From positions 13,383 to 77,382 of IMG/VR virus record IMGVR_UViG_3300022602_002157: DNA of 64,000 nucleotides; one strand, given 5' to 3'. Shown here piece after piece: positions 1 through 10,326 of this stretch (its first letter is position 1; every line of letters starts with the position of its first letter). A program made the translations under genes and the position numbers. Source of the DNA: a virus. The notes under the pieces were generated by a model. It had not been told where the DNA came from, made no database searches, and saw nothing but the letters and a program-made list of their open reading frames with translations.

Positions 1-3000
1 GCTAACTCAGTAGCAGGGGCTAATGTTACTGGTACAGTAGCCAATGCAACATATGCCACAAGTGCAGGTTCAATTGGTGGAACTGTTCCGGGTGCAAATG
101 TAACAGGTCAAGTAGGTAATGCATTAATTGCTGGTACTGTTTATACAAATGCACAACCTAATATTACAAGCGTTGGTACATTGACATCACTAGCAGTTAC
201 CGGTAATGTTTTAGCCGCAAATTTAACAGGTAACCATTATGGTGCTGGTAATAACTTAAGCAACATTCAAGGTAGTAATGTTTCAGGTGCAGTTGCTTAC
301 GCAACTACTGCAAACGCAGTAGCAGGGGCCAATGTTTCAGGTGCAGTTGCTTACGCAACTACTGCAAACGCAGTAGCAGGGGCCAATGTATCAGGTGCAG
401 TAGCATACGCAACAACAGCTAACTCAGTAGCTGGTGCTAACGTAACAGGTCAAGTAAGTTTTGCAGGTACTGCCAATGCAGTTGCTGGTGCCAATGTATC
501 AGGTATCGTAGCCAATGCAAATTATGCCGCATATTCAGGTGTAGCAGGATCAGCAAATAGTGTTACTGGTTCTAACGTAAGTGGACAAGTAGGTAATGCA
601 TTGATTGCAGGTACGGTGTATACAAACGCACAACCAAATATCACAAGTGTTGGTACACTATCAAATCTAGTTGTATCAAGTAGTGGTAACATTAGCGCAG
701 GTAACATTATAGCCAACACAGTGTTCATTGGTAATGGTGCAGGATTAACAAACTTAGCAGGTGCTAACGTTACTGGTGCAGTTGCATATGCAAGTACAGC
801 AAATAGTGTTGCTGGTGCAAATGTCTCAGGTGCAGTATCATATGCAACTACTGCTAACTCAGTTGCTGGTGCTAACGTAAGTGGAGCAGTCGCATACGCA
901 ACCACTGCAAACAGTGTTGCTGGCGCCAATGTAACAGGTACAGTAGCAAACGCCACATATGCATTAAATGCAGGTAATGCCACAGTAGCAAGTTCAGCCA
1001 ATAGTGTTACTGGTGCAAATGTCAGTGGTGCAGTCGCATATGCAACCACTGCGAACTCAGTTGCTGGCGCCAACGTCTCAGGTGCAGTATCATATGCTAC
1101 TACTGCTAACTCAGTAGCAGGTGCAAATGTTACAGGTACAGTAGCAAATGCCACATATGCAACTACAGCAGGCAGCGCAACTACATCAGGAACAGTAACG
1201 GCTAACGCACAAGGTAATATTACCAGTGTTGGTACATTAACTAATTTGTCAGTAACTGGCAACACAACTTCTGGAAACGTATATGCTAATAGTGGTATTG
1301 TAAAAGGTGAATATTTATATGGTGATGGTAGTAACATTACTAACATCTCAGTTGCAGCCGGCTCATATATTTTAAATGGCACAAGTGAAGCATCATTAGA
1401 TACTAATGGCAACTTTAATGTAACAATAGCAGGAAACGCCAATGTATTACAAGTTACAGGTAGCAATGTTATTGCAAGTACATTTGTTGGTAATTTAATA
1501 GGTACAATAAACACGGGAAGTCAGCCTAACATTACAAGTCTTGGTACATTAACTAGTTTGAATGTAACGGGTGTAAGTAATTTAGGAAACGTAGGTAACG
1601 TAAAAATCACAGGTGGTGTTAATAACCAATACTTAATTACAGATGGTACTGGCAATCTATTTTGGACTACATCTACTGCAAGCCCAGCCGTTGGTAGCAA
1701 CACACAAATCATCTTTAATGACGGTGGAACAACTTATAACGGCAGTGCTAACTTAACATTTAACAAAACAACTAACACATTAAGTACAGGCAATGTTACA
1801 GCATCTTATTTCACTGGAACATTAACTACAAATGCACAACCAAACATTACAAGTGTTGGTAGATTAACAAGTTTAATTGTTGATGGTAATATTAACGCAG
1901 GTAATATTGCAGGTGGTAACTTAGTAAGTGCAAATTATTTTGCAGGTAGTGGTGCAAACTTAACAGCAATACCGGGTGCAAATGTAACAGGTACCGTAGC
2001 AAATGCGGCTTTTGCTACTAATGCAATTGGTATTCAAACTAATACGTCAAGTGCAACATCTGCGTACCCAACATTTGTTACCTCATCATCAAATGGTAAC
2101 TCACAGAATTATATTAATTCAAGCATTAGTGCTAACTTAGCAAATGCTAGTATTACAGCAACAACATTTGTTGGTGCACTAAGTGGCGCCGCAACTACTG
2201 CTGGTACTGTAACAACTAATGCACAGCCTAACATCACTAGTGTAGGTACATTAACAAGTTTAATTGTACAAGGTAATATTAATGCTGCCAACGTAGCAGG
2301 TGGTAATTTAGTAAGTGCAAATTATTTTGCAGGTAACGGATCGTTGTTGACTGCCATTACCGGTGCAAATATAACAGGTACTGTAGCAAATGCAAATTAT
2401 TCTGTATACTCAGGTACTGCAAGTACAGCAAATGCGGTTGCAGGTGCAAACGTAACTGGCGCAGTAGCGTTTGCAACGACTGCTAACGCAGTCGCGGGAG
2501 CTAATGTATCAGGTGCTGTGGCATATGCAACTACAGCAAATGCGGTAGCAGGTGCTAACGTATCCGGTGTTGTTGCTAATGCCACTTATGCAGTTACAGC
2601 AGGTACAGCAAATAGTGTTGCCGGCGCTAACGTTACTGGAACTGTAGCAAATGCCACTTATGCAGTTACAGCAGGCAGCGCCACAACAGCAACTTCAGCA
2701 ACGACTGCTGGTACAGTAACAACTAATGCTCAACCAAATATTACAAGTACAGGTACATTAACATCATTAACTGTAACTGGTAACACAACATCAGGTAACT
2801 TTATTACAAGCGGCCAATTTGTATCACAATTGGCAACGGGTACTGCACCTTTAGTTATTGTTTCTACAACAAGAGTTCCAAACTTAAACGCAGACTTAGT
2901 AGATGGATATCAAACAGCAACAGTCGCTACAGCAAATACCCTTGCAACACGTGATACAAATGGTAGTATTACTGCTAATATTTTCATTGGTAACATAGCA

Positions 3001-3990
3001 GGAGCCAACGTAACTGGCACGGTAGCAAATGCAACGTATGCCGTAACGGCAGGTACTGCAAACTCGGTAACTGGTGCTAACGTAAGTGGTGCGGTAGCGT
3101 ATGCAACAACTGCAAATTCAGTAGCTGGCGCTAATGTAACAGGTGCAGTAGCATACGCAACAACTGCTAACTCAGTTGCTGGTGCTAATGTATCAGGTAC
3201 TGTAGCAAGTGCAAATAACTCAAGTTATTTAGGCGGAACGGCAGCCGCAAGTTACCTATTAACAAATGGTACTGGTAGTGGTTTAACAGCAATCACAGGT
3301 GCTAACGTAACAGGTGCAGTTGCTTACGCAACCACTGCTAACTCAGTAGCCGGAGGCAATGTAAGTGGTGCGGTTGGTCTTGCAACATATGCTACAACTG
3401 CTAATGCTGTGGCAGGTGCTAACGTGTCAGGTGCAGTTGCTTATGCGACTACAGCAAATGCGATAGCAGGTGCTAACGTATCAGGAGCCGTGGCATACGC
3501 AACCACTGCTAACTCAGTAGCCGGCGGCAATGTAAGTGGACAAGTTGGTAACGCACTAGTTGCAGGTACAGTATATACGAATGCGCAACCTAACATTACA
3601 AGTACAGGTACATTAACATCTATCAATTCAAGTGGTAATATTACTGGAGCAAACGTAATTGCAAATTCATATCATATTCGTTCAATTGGTACAGCAATAT
3701 CAGCCGCAGGTTCAACACAAGGTACCGCAACAGCATTAACTAAAGAAATTAACGTTGTCAGTACAGTAACATCAGGCGCTAATGGTGTACAATTACCAAA
3801 CGTAGCAGGTGCTGTGATTTATATTACAAACACAACAGGAAACACATTGAACGTTTACCCACAAACTGGTGCGGCAATCAATAATCAAACAGCAAATGCC
3901 GCATTTACAATGCCGGGTAATGGAGCAACACTACAGTTTATTGCACCTACTACAAGTCAGTGGTACACAGTAAGTGCAACATACTCATAA
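1..3990 (+). CDS. Tail fibre / long repetitive virion fibre protein (5' partial; frame open from position 1)
   Basis: Frame 1 is open from base 1. It has many ~18-aa repeats (ANSVAGANV[S/T]GAVAYATT) and recurring AQPNITSVGTLTSL motifs, is Ala/Gly/Asn/Thr-rich, and lies next to virion and lysis genes. Confidence 0.75.
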   Translation, partial: ANSVAGANVTGTVANATYATSAGSIGGTVPGANVTGQVGNALIAGTVYTNAQPNITSVGTLTSLAVTGNVLAANLTGNHYGAGNNLSNIQGSNVSGAVAYATTANAVAGANVSGAVAYATTANAVAGANVSGAVAYATTANSVAGANVTGQVSFAGTANAVAGANVSGIVANANYAAYSGVAGSANSVTGSNVSGQVGNALIAGTVYTNAQPNITSVGTLSNLVVSSSGNISAGNIIANTVFIGNGAGLTNLAGANVTGAVAYASTANSVAGANVSGAVSYATTANSVAGANVSGAVAYATTANSVAGANVTGTVANATYALNAGNATVASSANSVTGANVSGAVAYATTANSVAGANVSGAVSYATTANSVAGANVTGTVANATYATTAGSATTSGTVTANAQGNITSVGTLTNLSVTGNTTSGNVYANSGIVKGEYLYGDGSNITNISVAAGSYILNGTSEASLDTNGNFNVTIAGNANVLQVTGSNVIASTFVGNLIGTINTGSQPNITSLGTLTSLNVTGVSNLGNVGNVKITGGVNNQYLITDGTGNLFWTTSTASPAVGSNTQIIFNDGGTTYNGSANLTFNKTTNTLSTGNVTASYFTGTLTTNAQPNITSVGRLTSLIVDGNINAGNIAGGNLVSANYFAGSGANLTAIPGANVTGTVANAAFATNAIGIQTNTSSATSAYPTFVTSSSNGNSQNYINSSISANLANASITATTFVGALSGAATTAGTVTTNAQPNITSVGTLTSLIVQGNINAANVAGGNLVSANYFAGNGSLLTAITGANITGTVANANYSVYSGTASTANAVAGANVTGAVAFATTANAVAGANVSGAVAYATTANAVAGANVSGVVANATYAVTAGTANSVAGANVTGTVANATYAVTAGSATTATSATTAGTVTTNAQPNITSTGTLTSLTVTGNTTSGNFITSGQFVSQLATGTAPLVIVSTTRVPNLNADLVDGYQTATVATANTLATRDTNGSITANIFIGNIAGANVTGTVANATYAVTAGTANSVTGANVSGAVAYATTANSVAGANVTGAVAYATTANSVAGANVSGTVASANNSSYLGGTAAASYLLTNGTGSGLTAITGANVTGAVAYATTANSVAGGNVSGAVGLATYATTANAVAGANVSGAVAYATTANAIAGANVSGAVAYATTANSVAGGNVSGQVGNALVAGTVYTNAQPNITSTGTLTSINSSGNITGANVIANSYHIRSIGTAISAAGSTQGTATALTKEINVVSTVTSGANGVQLPNVAGAVIYITNTTGNTLNVYPQTGAAINNQTANAAFTMPGNGATLQFIAPTTSQWYTVSATYS
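277..384 (+). repeat. Exact 54-bp tandem duplication inside the fibre gene
   Basis: 277-330 and 331-384 are identical (aatgtttcaggtgcagttgcttacgcaactactgcaaacgcagtagcaggggcc). Other 54-bp units are diverged. Confidence 0.95.
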
Positions 3991-4007
3991 TAGGAAAGAA
4001 CAATACA

Positions 4008-4625
4008 ATGATTACACTTGATTTATTATCACACGTTTTCCCTAAAACACATCATGATGTGTTGGAAAGATATGTAGAACCATTATCAACAGTTGCACAA
4101 TACTATGACATGTATGACAATATACATAGAGTTGCATGTTTTGTAGCACAGACAGGCCATGAAAGTGGTGGTTTTAATTTTATCAAAGAAAATTTAAACT
4201 ACAGTGAAAAGGGTTTGTTAACAACGTTCCATAAATATTTTGACGCAGAAACAGCAAGTCAATATGCAAGACAACCTGAAAGAATCGCTAATCGTGTTTA
4301 TGCAAATCGCATGGGCAACGGTGACGAATCTAGTGGTGACGGTTACATGTTTTGCGGCAGAGGCTTAATTCAGTTAACAGGTCGCATTAATTATACAAAA
4401 TTTGCTCAAGCATTGGGAATGGGTCTAGAAGACACAGTTGCATATATGGAAACTAGTGAAGGCGCAACTGCAAGTGCAGGTTGGTTTTGGGACAGTAACA
4501 ATTTAAATCAATACTGTGACAGTGGTGATTTTGTAATGTTAACCAAACGTATCAATGGTGGTACAATTGGTATTGAAGAAAGACATCGCAATTATCAATT
4601 AGTATTACAAGCATTACAGGGATAA
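4008..4625 (+). CDS. Glycoside hydrolase family 19 lysozyme/endolysin
   Basis: Motifs FVAQTGHESGGF, ENLNYS, IANRVYANRMGNG, GRGLIQLTGR and TKRINGG. ATG 4008 is preferred over the overlapping upstream start. Confidence 0.9.
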   Translation: MITLDLLSHVFPKTHHDVLERYVEPLSTVAQYYDMYDNIHRVACFVAQTGHESGGFNFIKENLNYSEKGLLTTFHKYFDAETASQYARQPERIANRVYANRMGNGDESSGDGYMFCGRGLIQLTGRINYTKFAQALGMGLEDTVAYMETSEGATASAGWFWDSNNLNQYCDSGDFVMLTKRINGGTIGIEERHRNYQLVLQALQG

Positions 4626-4626
4626 T

Positions 4627-7248
4627 ATGGCACAACCAAATTGGATAACACCAGCCGGCGCAATAGCAACAATACCCAGTCAAATATTTTATAGTACAAC
4701 AGTTGTTGCTAATCCAGTTCTTCCAGCAACTGCTGTTAACTATACGCTATTAAGTGGAAGTTTACCTTTGGGTATGACTTTAACTTCAAACAATAATATA
4801 GGTGTAATATCAGGCACACCTGCATTAGTAATTAATTCTACTACATATACGTTTGCTATTAGAGCCACTGACAATTTGGGTAATATCAGAGACAGAACTT
4901 TTAGTTTAACAACCAATGGAGCGTCACTACCACAGTTTACTACTCCAACAGGAACTATATTAAGCACATATGATAGTACATGGGTAGATTTACCAATTCA
5001 GTATACTAATCCAGTTTCAAGTAATGCAGTTATTATTAGAGTTATTCAAGGACAACTTCCACCTGGTTTAGAAATTAATGACATAGGACGTATTCGTGGA
5101 TATGCACAACCTCCTATTGCTCAAGTTAATTTACCGTTGGTGGTAACATCTGCTGTTGCTACAACAACATCAAATACTATATCTTGTTTAAGTACAACAG
5201 GATTTAGTGTTGGTAGACCTATTGTTTTTACTGGAACAGTATTTGGTGGAATTACTGCAAGTCAAACATATTACATCAATTCAATTATTGATGCAAGTAC
5301 ATTTACAATTTCTACTACTGTTGGTGGACCTATCTTTACATTAAGTAATGCGGCAGGATACATGACCGCAACCTTACCTAACGTATCAGTTGGTCAACCT
5401 ACAATTGAAACATATACATTTACACTTAAATTAAGTAGTAGTCTTGGCAATGATTTACAATCATACAGCATTACTATCATCAATCAAAACGCACCACAAA
5501 GTCAAGGTGGTCCAGGACTACCTGCAAATACTAGAATACCTACAATCTATAATACTAGACCAGCAACTTATAATATAACACCTGACACAGTTGATTATGG
5601 ATATTTTGTATTGCCACCTGGTTCATTAGTAACAGGTGCAACATATAGTCCAACAGTTAATGCTAATATTGGAACTATTAATAGTGATGTGTTTTTTGCT
5701 TTTAAAGTAATAGGTCACGATTTTGATGGTACTGGATTAACTTATGTTTATGCTAATTTACCAATTGGATTAACAGGCGATCCTAATACAGGTTGGATTA
5801 CAGGTACTCCTGTTATCAATCCAGATAGTATTTCACAATTTAGTTTTAGTGTACAAGTTTATAAATCAAACAATCCCACAATCTTTACACCATTCTTTAA
5901 TTTTTCATATATCATTGAAAATCAAATCAATGGTATTGTAACATGGGTAAGTCCAACAGATTTAGGACAGATTTATAATGGTAGTACAAGTATTTTATAT
6001 GTAGAAGCAGAATCAGACGTTGTGTTACAATATAGATTAACTGGTGGAACACTACCTCCTAACTTAGTATTATTACCTAGTGGAGAAATCTCAGGAGTTG
6101 TTGCATTTCAACCAACTGATAATATTTTAACAGCAGGTACAACTACACAATTTACTTTTACAATAGAAGCATACAGTCCATTGTATCCAGTGGTACAAAG
6201 TTCACAAACATTTACAATAGAAGTATATCAAGAATATCAACAACCAACTGATACACTTTATATTTCATGTAATCCAAGTTTAAGTGATAGAAATTTAATC
6301 AATTCATTATTAACAAATACATCATTGATTCCACCTGAATATTTATATAGATCAGATGATCCTTATTTTGGAGTGGCAACAAGCGTTGTTTATGAACATG
6401 CTTATGGTATTAATGCCAGTGACTTTGAACAATATGTAGCCGCTGTAACACAGAATCATTATTGGAGAGACATTACGTTAGGTGAAATTAAAGTCGCACA
6501 GGCTATTAATGAAACAACAGGCGAAGTCATATATGAAGTTGTGTATAGCGAAGTAATAGATAATTTAGTTAATTTGGGTGAACAGTATCCTAATAATGCT
6601 AATATCTATGGTGCAAGTGTGCCGCAGTCAATTTATTGGCCAACATTTATTCCATTAGATTTAGGACCTTGGTATACTAGCGTAACTGAAATATACACAA
6701 GTTATGAAGTTAGCCCTTCAGGTCAACAGTTCTATACTAGTTTGACACCCGGAGAAGCAAGAACATTGTATCCAAACAGTTTACCAAATATGCGCAACAG
6801 AGTTGGTCAAGTGTTAGGTCAAGTATATGACAGCAATCTATTACCATTATGGATGACAAGTCAACAAGTCAATGGTAGTACATTGGGTTATACTCCTGCT
6901 TGGGTAATCTGTTATACACAACCTGGCACAGTTACATTGCCCGAAGCAATTACATTACCTGACGGGTCTACAACAAATGTTGTGACATATGCACAGTATA
7001 TACAATATCAGATTAATAATAACTGGGTAAATACTGTAGGAGAAAAACAATCACTTAACTCTGTTAATTTCACAATTGATAGATTCACAGTCAACAAGAG
7101 TATTACGTACAATTATGACAATAATTCTAGCCCACCCGCATGGACTGGATTGCCTAGCGCAACCCCTGTACCAAATCCATTAGACAGTAAAGATTTCTAT
7201 GTGTTGTTCCCTAGAAAAACTATTTTGCCAGATCAAACGCAATACTAA
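4627..7248 (+). CDS. Large virion (baseplate/tail) protein with putative Ig-like repeats
   Basis: Repeated LPxGLxLxxxGxIxGTP followed by YTF[A/T]I motifs, typical of phage Ig (He_PIG-like) domains. Confidence 0.65.
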   Translation: MAQPNWITPAGAIATIPSQIFYSTTVVANPVLPATAVNYTLLSGSLPLGMTLTSNNNIGVISGTPALVINSTTYTFAIRATDNLGNIRDRTFSLTTNGASLPQFTTPTGTILSTYDSTWVDLPIQYTNPVSSNAVIIRVIQGQLPPGLEINDIGRIRGYAQPPIAQVNLPLVVTSAVATTTSNTISCLSTTGFSVGRPIVFTGTVFGGITASQTYYINSIIDASTFTISTTVGGPIFTLSNAAGYMTATLPNVSVGQPTIETYTFTLKLSSSLGNDLQSYSITIINQNAPQSQGGPGLPANTRIPTIYNTRPATYNITPDTVDYGYFVLPPGSLVTGATYSPTVNANIGTINSDVFFAFKVIGHDFDGTGLTYVYANLPIGLTGDPNTGWITGTPVINPDSISQFSFSVQVYKSNNPTIFTPFFNFSYIIENQINGIVTWVSPTDLGQIYNGSTSILYVEAESDVVLQYRLTGGTLPPNLVLLPSGEISGVVAFQPTDNILTAGTTTQFTFTIEAYSPLYPVVQSSQTFTIEVYQEYQQPTDTLYISCNPSLSDRNLINSLLTNTSLIPPEYLYRSDDPYFGVATSVVYEHAYGINASDFEQYVAAVTQNHYWRDITLGEIKVAQAINETTGEVIYEVVYSEVIDNLVNLGEQYPNNANIYGASVPQSIYWPTFIPLDLGPWYTSVTEIYTSYEVSPSGQQFYTSLTPGEARTLYPNSLPNMRNRVGQVLGQVYDSNLLPLWMTSQQVNGSTLGYTPAWVICYTQPGTVTLPEAITLPDGSTTNVVTYAQYIQYQINNNWVNTVGEKQSLNSVNFTIDRFTVNKSITYNYDNNSSPPAWTGLPSATPVPNPLDSKDFYVLFPRKTILPDQTQY

Positions 7249-7251
7249 ATA
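7246..7251 (+). promoter_or_regulatory. Late-type promoter TAAATA
   Basis: Core of the T4 late promoter (TATAAATA), just upstream of 7272. The same motif precedes many genes in the window. Confidence 0.55.
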
Positions 7252-7271
7252 CAATACGGAATAGATAAATT

Positions 7272-8591
7272 ATGACAAGCCAAATCAACACAAACGGAAT
7301 CAATGTAAATTACCCAGTCCCGGGAAAAAACAATAGTTCTCAGGGATTCAGAGATAACTTTGCTCAAATTGCCAACGACTTAAACATTGCGGCAAACGAG
7401 ATTACTGATTTACAAAACAATGCAGTTCTTAAAGCCGCATTGGCCAATTCTGTATTGAATAATGACATGGCTAACACACTAATCAGTAATGCTAGCACTA
7501 GAGGATTTAGAGCCACAACTTACAATTTGGGTAACAGTCTTGCAGGAACCGTATTAGTTAATGTTGCTAGTGGAGATGTTCAATATGGCGCAGTTACTGG
7601 TAATGTAACATTACAGTTTGGTGGCTGGGCCCCTACAAATACAGTTAGCAACATTCAAATCAGATTGACATTTGCCAATGCTAACTCAACAGTTGCGTTA
7701 CCAAACGCATGTATTTCAAGCAATAACAACTTTGGCGTAACATTGTTAGAAAATGTAGAAATCATTAACAATGTTGCATATATCTCACCTCCTGCTAACA
7801 CACAAGTTTTAACATATAATATTTCATCGGCTGATTGTGGTAACTCAATCACTATGACTCCGTTGAATAGACCATTTGAATCTACCCAAATTCAATCACG
7901 CACAGTTATCCCAACTGGCGTACAAGGTGATATGAATGGCGCTGTTGCCGTAGGTCCAGGGTACAGTCAATTAAATATCATTTCTACTAGTTCAACTGGT
8001 AATATCTTTACTACAAGTTCACAAGACAACACTTCACAATTGTTTACTGATTTGCCTGTATGCTTTACAGGTGTATCAATTGATAGTAACGTAACAATTG
8101 GCACACAATACTATATTAGAAATGTAGTAAGTAGCAATACATTTACAGTATCATCAACTGTCGGTGGTGCTAATTTAGCATTAGCCGGTGGCAGTGGTAA
8201 TATGTATGCTAATCCTGTAAATTATCTATATGTTGCAACAGATTCATATGATGCAACAGAAACAGTAGTTTACACTCCTAGCGTTAGTGCTATGTACACA
8301 ACAGGTAATATCACTATTACTCCAACTAATAATTTAGTTGTAAATGCTCCAATCATCTTTACTGGTAATGTTGACACAGCAAACACTGGTATTGTATCAG
8401 GCAACGCATACTACATTAAATCTATCAGTGCGTCAACTGGTACAGCAAATATCACAATAAGCCAATCACGTACAAATGGTGTTGCTGGTACACAAACTGT
8501 TGTTAAAGGAAATAGCACTTCATTGACTGCAAACGCACAAGTGTATGTCGGGGATGACATTTGGCGTAGAGTCCCATTAACTGCATGGTAA
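7272..8591 (+). CDS. Virion structural protein
   Basis: N-terminal YPVPGKNNSSQGFRDNF then a coiled coil. Two P[I/V]xFTG...YYI beta modules are shared with the 4627 protein. C-terminal IWRRVPL. Confidence 0.6.
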   Translation: MTSQINTNGINVNYPVPGKNNSSQGFRDNFAQIANDLNIAANEITDLQNNAVLKAALANSVLNNDMANTLISNASTRGFRATTYNLGNSLAGTVLVNVASGDVQYGAVTGNVTLQFGGWAPTNTVSNIQIRLTFANANSTVALPNACISSNNNFGVTLLENVEIINNVAYISPPANTQVLTYNISSADCGNSITMTPLNRPFESTQIQSRTVIPTGVQGDMNGAVAVGPGYSQLNIISTSSTGNIFTTSSQDNTSQLFTDLPVCFTGVSIDSNVTIGTQYYIRNVVSSNTFTVSSTVGGANLALAGGSGNMYANPVNYLYVATDSYDATETVVYTPSVSAMYTTGNITITPTNNLVVNAPIIFTGNVDTANTGIVSGNAYYIKSISASTGTANITISQSRTNGVAGTQTVVKGNSTSLTANAQVYVGDDIWRRVPLTAW

Positions 8592-8595
8592 TATA

Positions 8596-8832
8596 ATGGA
8601 ACATCCTTTTATCAGCGACCTTTCAGAAAAAACTATGGAAGAGTTGCAGGATACAATAACTGATCTAAATAAAAAATTAAATTTTGCATATAGAACAGGA
8701 AATAGCGCATTATTGAATCAATTACAGATGGTTATTGAAAGTTACAAGAATCAACATAGAAAAAAGATGGATGAATTGTTTGATAAGCAAAAATTAAACG
8801 CACAAATTAATATTCAGTCTGACAAAAAATGA
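8596..8832 (+). CDS. Small helical-hairpin protein, hypothetical
   Basis: 78-aa ORF in an operon-like arrangement, with heptad patterning. Confidence 0.7.
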   Translation: MEHPFISDLSEKTMEELQDTITDLNKKLNFAYRTGNSALLNQLQMVIESYKNQHRKKMDELFDKQKLNAQINIQSDKK

Positions 8833-9392
8833 GTACTAGAATCGAAAAAGATTTTTATTTTCAAACTGCCGTACATTTTGAAAATAAATTTTATGTAAAT
8901 TCCTATGAATTAACTATATCCGTATTGGTAGAAACTGATTCACCAAGAGAACAAAATGTTGCTATGGATAGGGCAAGTTATTTCTTAATGTCAGAATTAC
9001 AAAACTCTGTATTGATTCATAAAAAAGAAATTGAAGCAATAGAAAAATACAAAAACGCAGGTATTAAAATCTGTGAAATTCCAGAAGAACCCTTTGATCA
9101 AATTATTGGAATGATATTGCTAATGAAATTAAATGCAATAATGGAAAACAGATTAAAAATTACTGATTTAGTTCTTGGCTCTAGTATGAGCGAAGGCGTA
9201 AGATTTAATATCGTATCCGAAGTTGCAGAAAGTTTATTTTCAGAAATGAATTGGTGGAATAAGCCCACAATTTGTATGACCGAAGAAGAATGCAAAGTAT
9301 CACCAGACAATGTAGTTAAACTGTTTGACGACAAAGATTGGAAAGAACTTGGACTATCTTGGAAAGAAAAACCCAAAAAGGGTAAAAAGTAA
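8829..9392 (+). CDS. Hypothetical protein
   Basis: 187-aa ORF with an ATGA overlap to the upstream gene. Confidence 0.75.
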   Translation: MSTRIEKDFYFQTAVHFENKFYVNSYELTISVLVETDSPREQNVAMDRASYFLMSELQNSVLIHKKEIEAIEKYKNAGIKICEIPEEPFDQIIGMILLMKLNAIMENRLKITDLVLGSSMSEGVRFNIVSEVAESLFSEMNWWNKPTICMTEEECKVSPDNVVKLFDDKDWKELGLSWKEKPKKGKK

Positions 9393-9393
9393 T

Positions 9394-9422
9394 TTGACTT
9401 TATCAAATGTCTGTGTTATCAT
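9394..9422 (+). promoter_or_regulatory. sigma70-like promoter
   Basis: TTGACT(9394)-N17-TATCAT(9417), with TG in the extended -10 position. Confidence 0.65.
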
Positions 9423-9428
9423 ACGTCA

Positions 9429-9935
9429 ATGATTGCAGATAAATTTAATCAACAAATATATACAGAACAAGACCTCTGCGACCTTTATCTAACAAATACT
9501 GAAACACAACTTAAAAACGTATTAGTTGAAAATGCAATCAAGTTCGACCCAGAACTAAATCTAAACAATATACCCGAAATTATTGAATATACACTATCTG
9601 ACGAATCCATTGAGGAATTTGACGAACGTTGTAGAAATAATTGGTTCATTCCCGAAAGTTACAAAAACTTTGACATTGCAAAATTTGTTTTGGAACAATG
9701 CAATGGTGAGGCCGAACTACAACGGGCAGGTGAAGAGTTGTTAATGTACCAAGAACGTGATATGTTTATACTACTCAAGTATCTCAAGTACCTTGTAGAC
9801 ACCATGCGTGAACATAACATTGTTTGGGGTGTGGGTCGTGGTAGTAGTGTAAGCAGTTTTGTATTATTTTTGATAGGAATTCACCGTATAAATAGTTTAC
9901 ACTATGATTTATCTATCACAGAGTTCTTGAAATAG
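9429..9935 (+). CDS. dnaE: Stand-alone fragment of DNA polymerase III alpha (DnaE-type, family C)
   Basis: YLVDTMREHNIVWGVGRGSSVSSFVLFLIGIHRIN matches the DnaE GRGS...LGIT motif. The ORF ends before the catalytic PDID motif. Confidence 0.8.
   Translation: MIADKFNQQIYTEQDLCDLYLTNTETQLKNVLVENAIKFDPELNLNNIPEIIEYTLSDESIEEFDERCRNNWFIPESYKNFDIAKFVLEQCNGEAELQRAGEELLMYQERDMFILLKYLKYLVDTMREHNIVWGVGRGSSVSSFVLFLIGIHRINSLHYDLSITEFLK
9887..9894 (+). promoter_or_regulatory. T4-type late promoter TATAAATA
   Basis: Full consensus inside the dnaE fragment, ~50 nt upstream of the SD (AGGAG) and ATG of 9947. Confidence 0.55.
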
Positions 9936-9946
9936 GAGAGAAACAA

Positions 9947-10324
9947 ATGGCAAAATATAGATCAGCAAAAGGTAAAACAGTCGATATGGGTGCGCTTGCA
10001 ACTAAAAACGAGCGTGTCAAGGCTGTAGGCAACATGAAGGTTAACGCTAGGGGTGATATCATTGACGCTAGCGGCAACATTGTTGTGCCTGTAAACAAGA
10101 AAGTTAGCGACAGATACGCTAAGACAGTTACAAATCGTGCGGCTAACATTGTTAAAAAGACACCGCAGCCAATTAAAACTGCACCTAAGCCAGAAATTGC
10201 AAAAGTACAGTTGACTAAAGAAGAAATTGAATTCATCATGGAAGATGAAGAAAATGAAGAAGTAGAAGCCATCAAGGCAGAAGAAGTAGCAAAAGAAGTA
10301 TCAACTAAAGAGACCAAAAAGTAA
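9947..10324 (+). CDS. Hypothetical protein (basic N-terminus, acidic C-terminus)
   Basis: Good SD (AGGAG); 125 aa. Confidence 0.75.
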   Translation: MAKYRSAKGKTVDMGALATKNERVKAVGNMKVNARGDIIDASGNIVVPVNKKVSDRYAKTVTNRAANIVKKTPQPIKTAPKPEIAKVQLTKEEIEFIMEDEENEEVEAIKAEEVAKEVSTKETKK

Positions 10325-10326
10325 TT

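Noticed and set aside
522-3626. Minus-strand ORFs (522-1514 and others) over the fibre gene
   Set aside because: These are antisense shadows of a repetitive, codon-biased gene and have no start signals.
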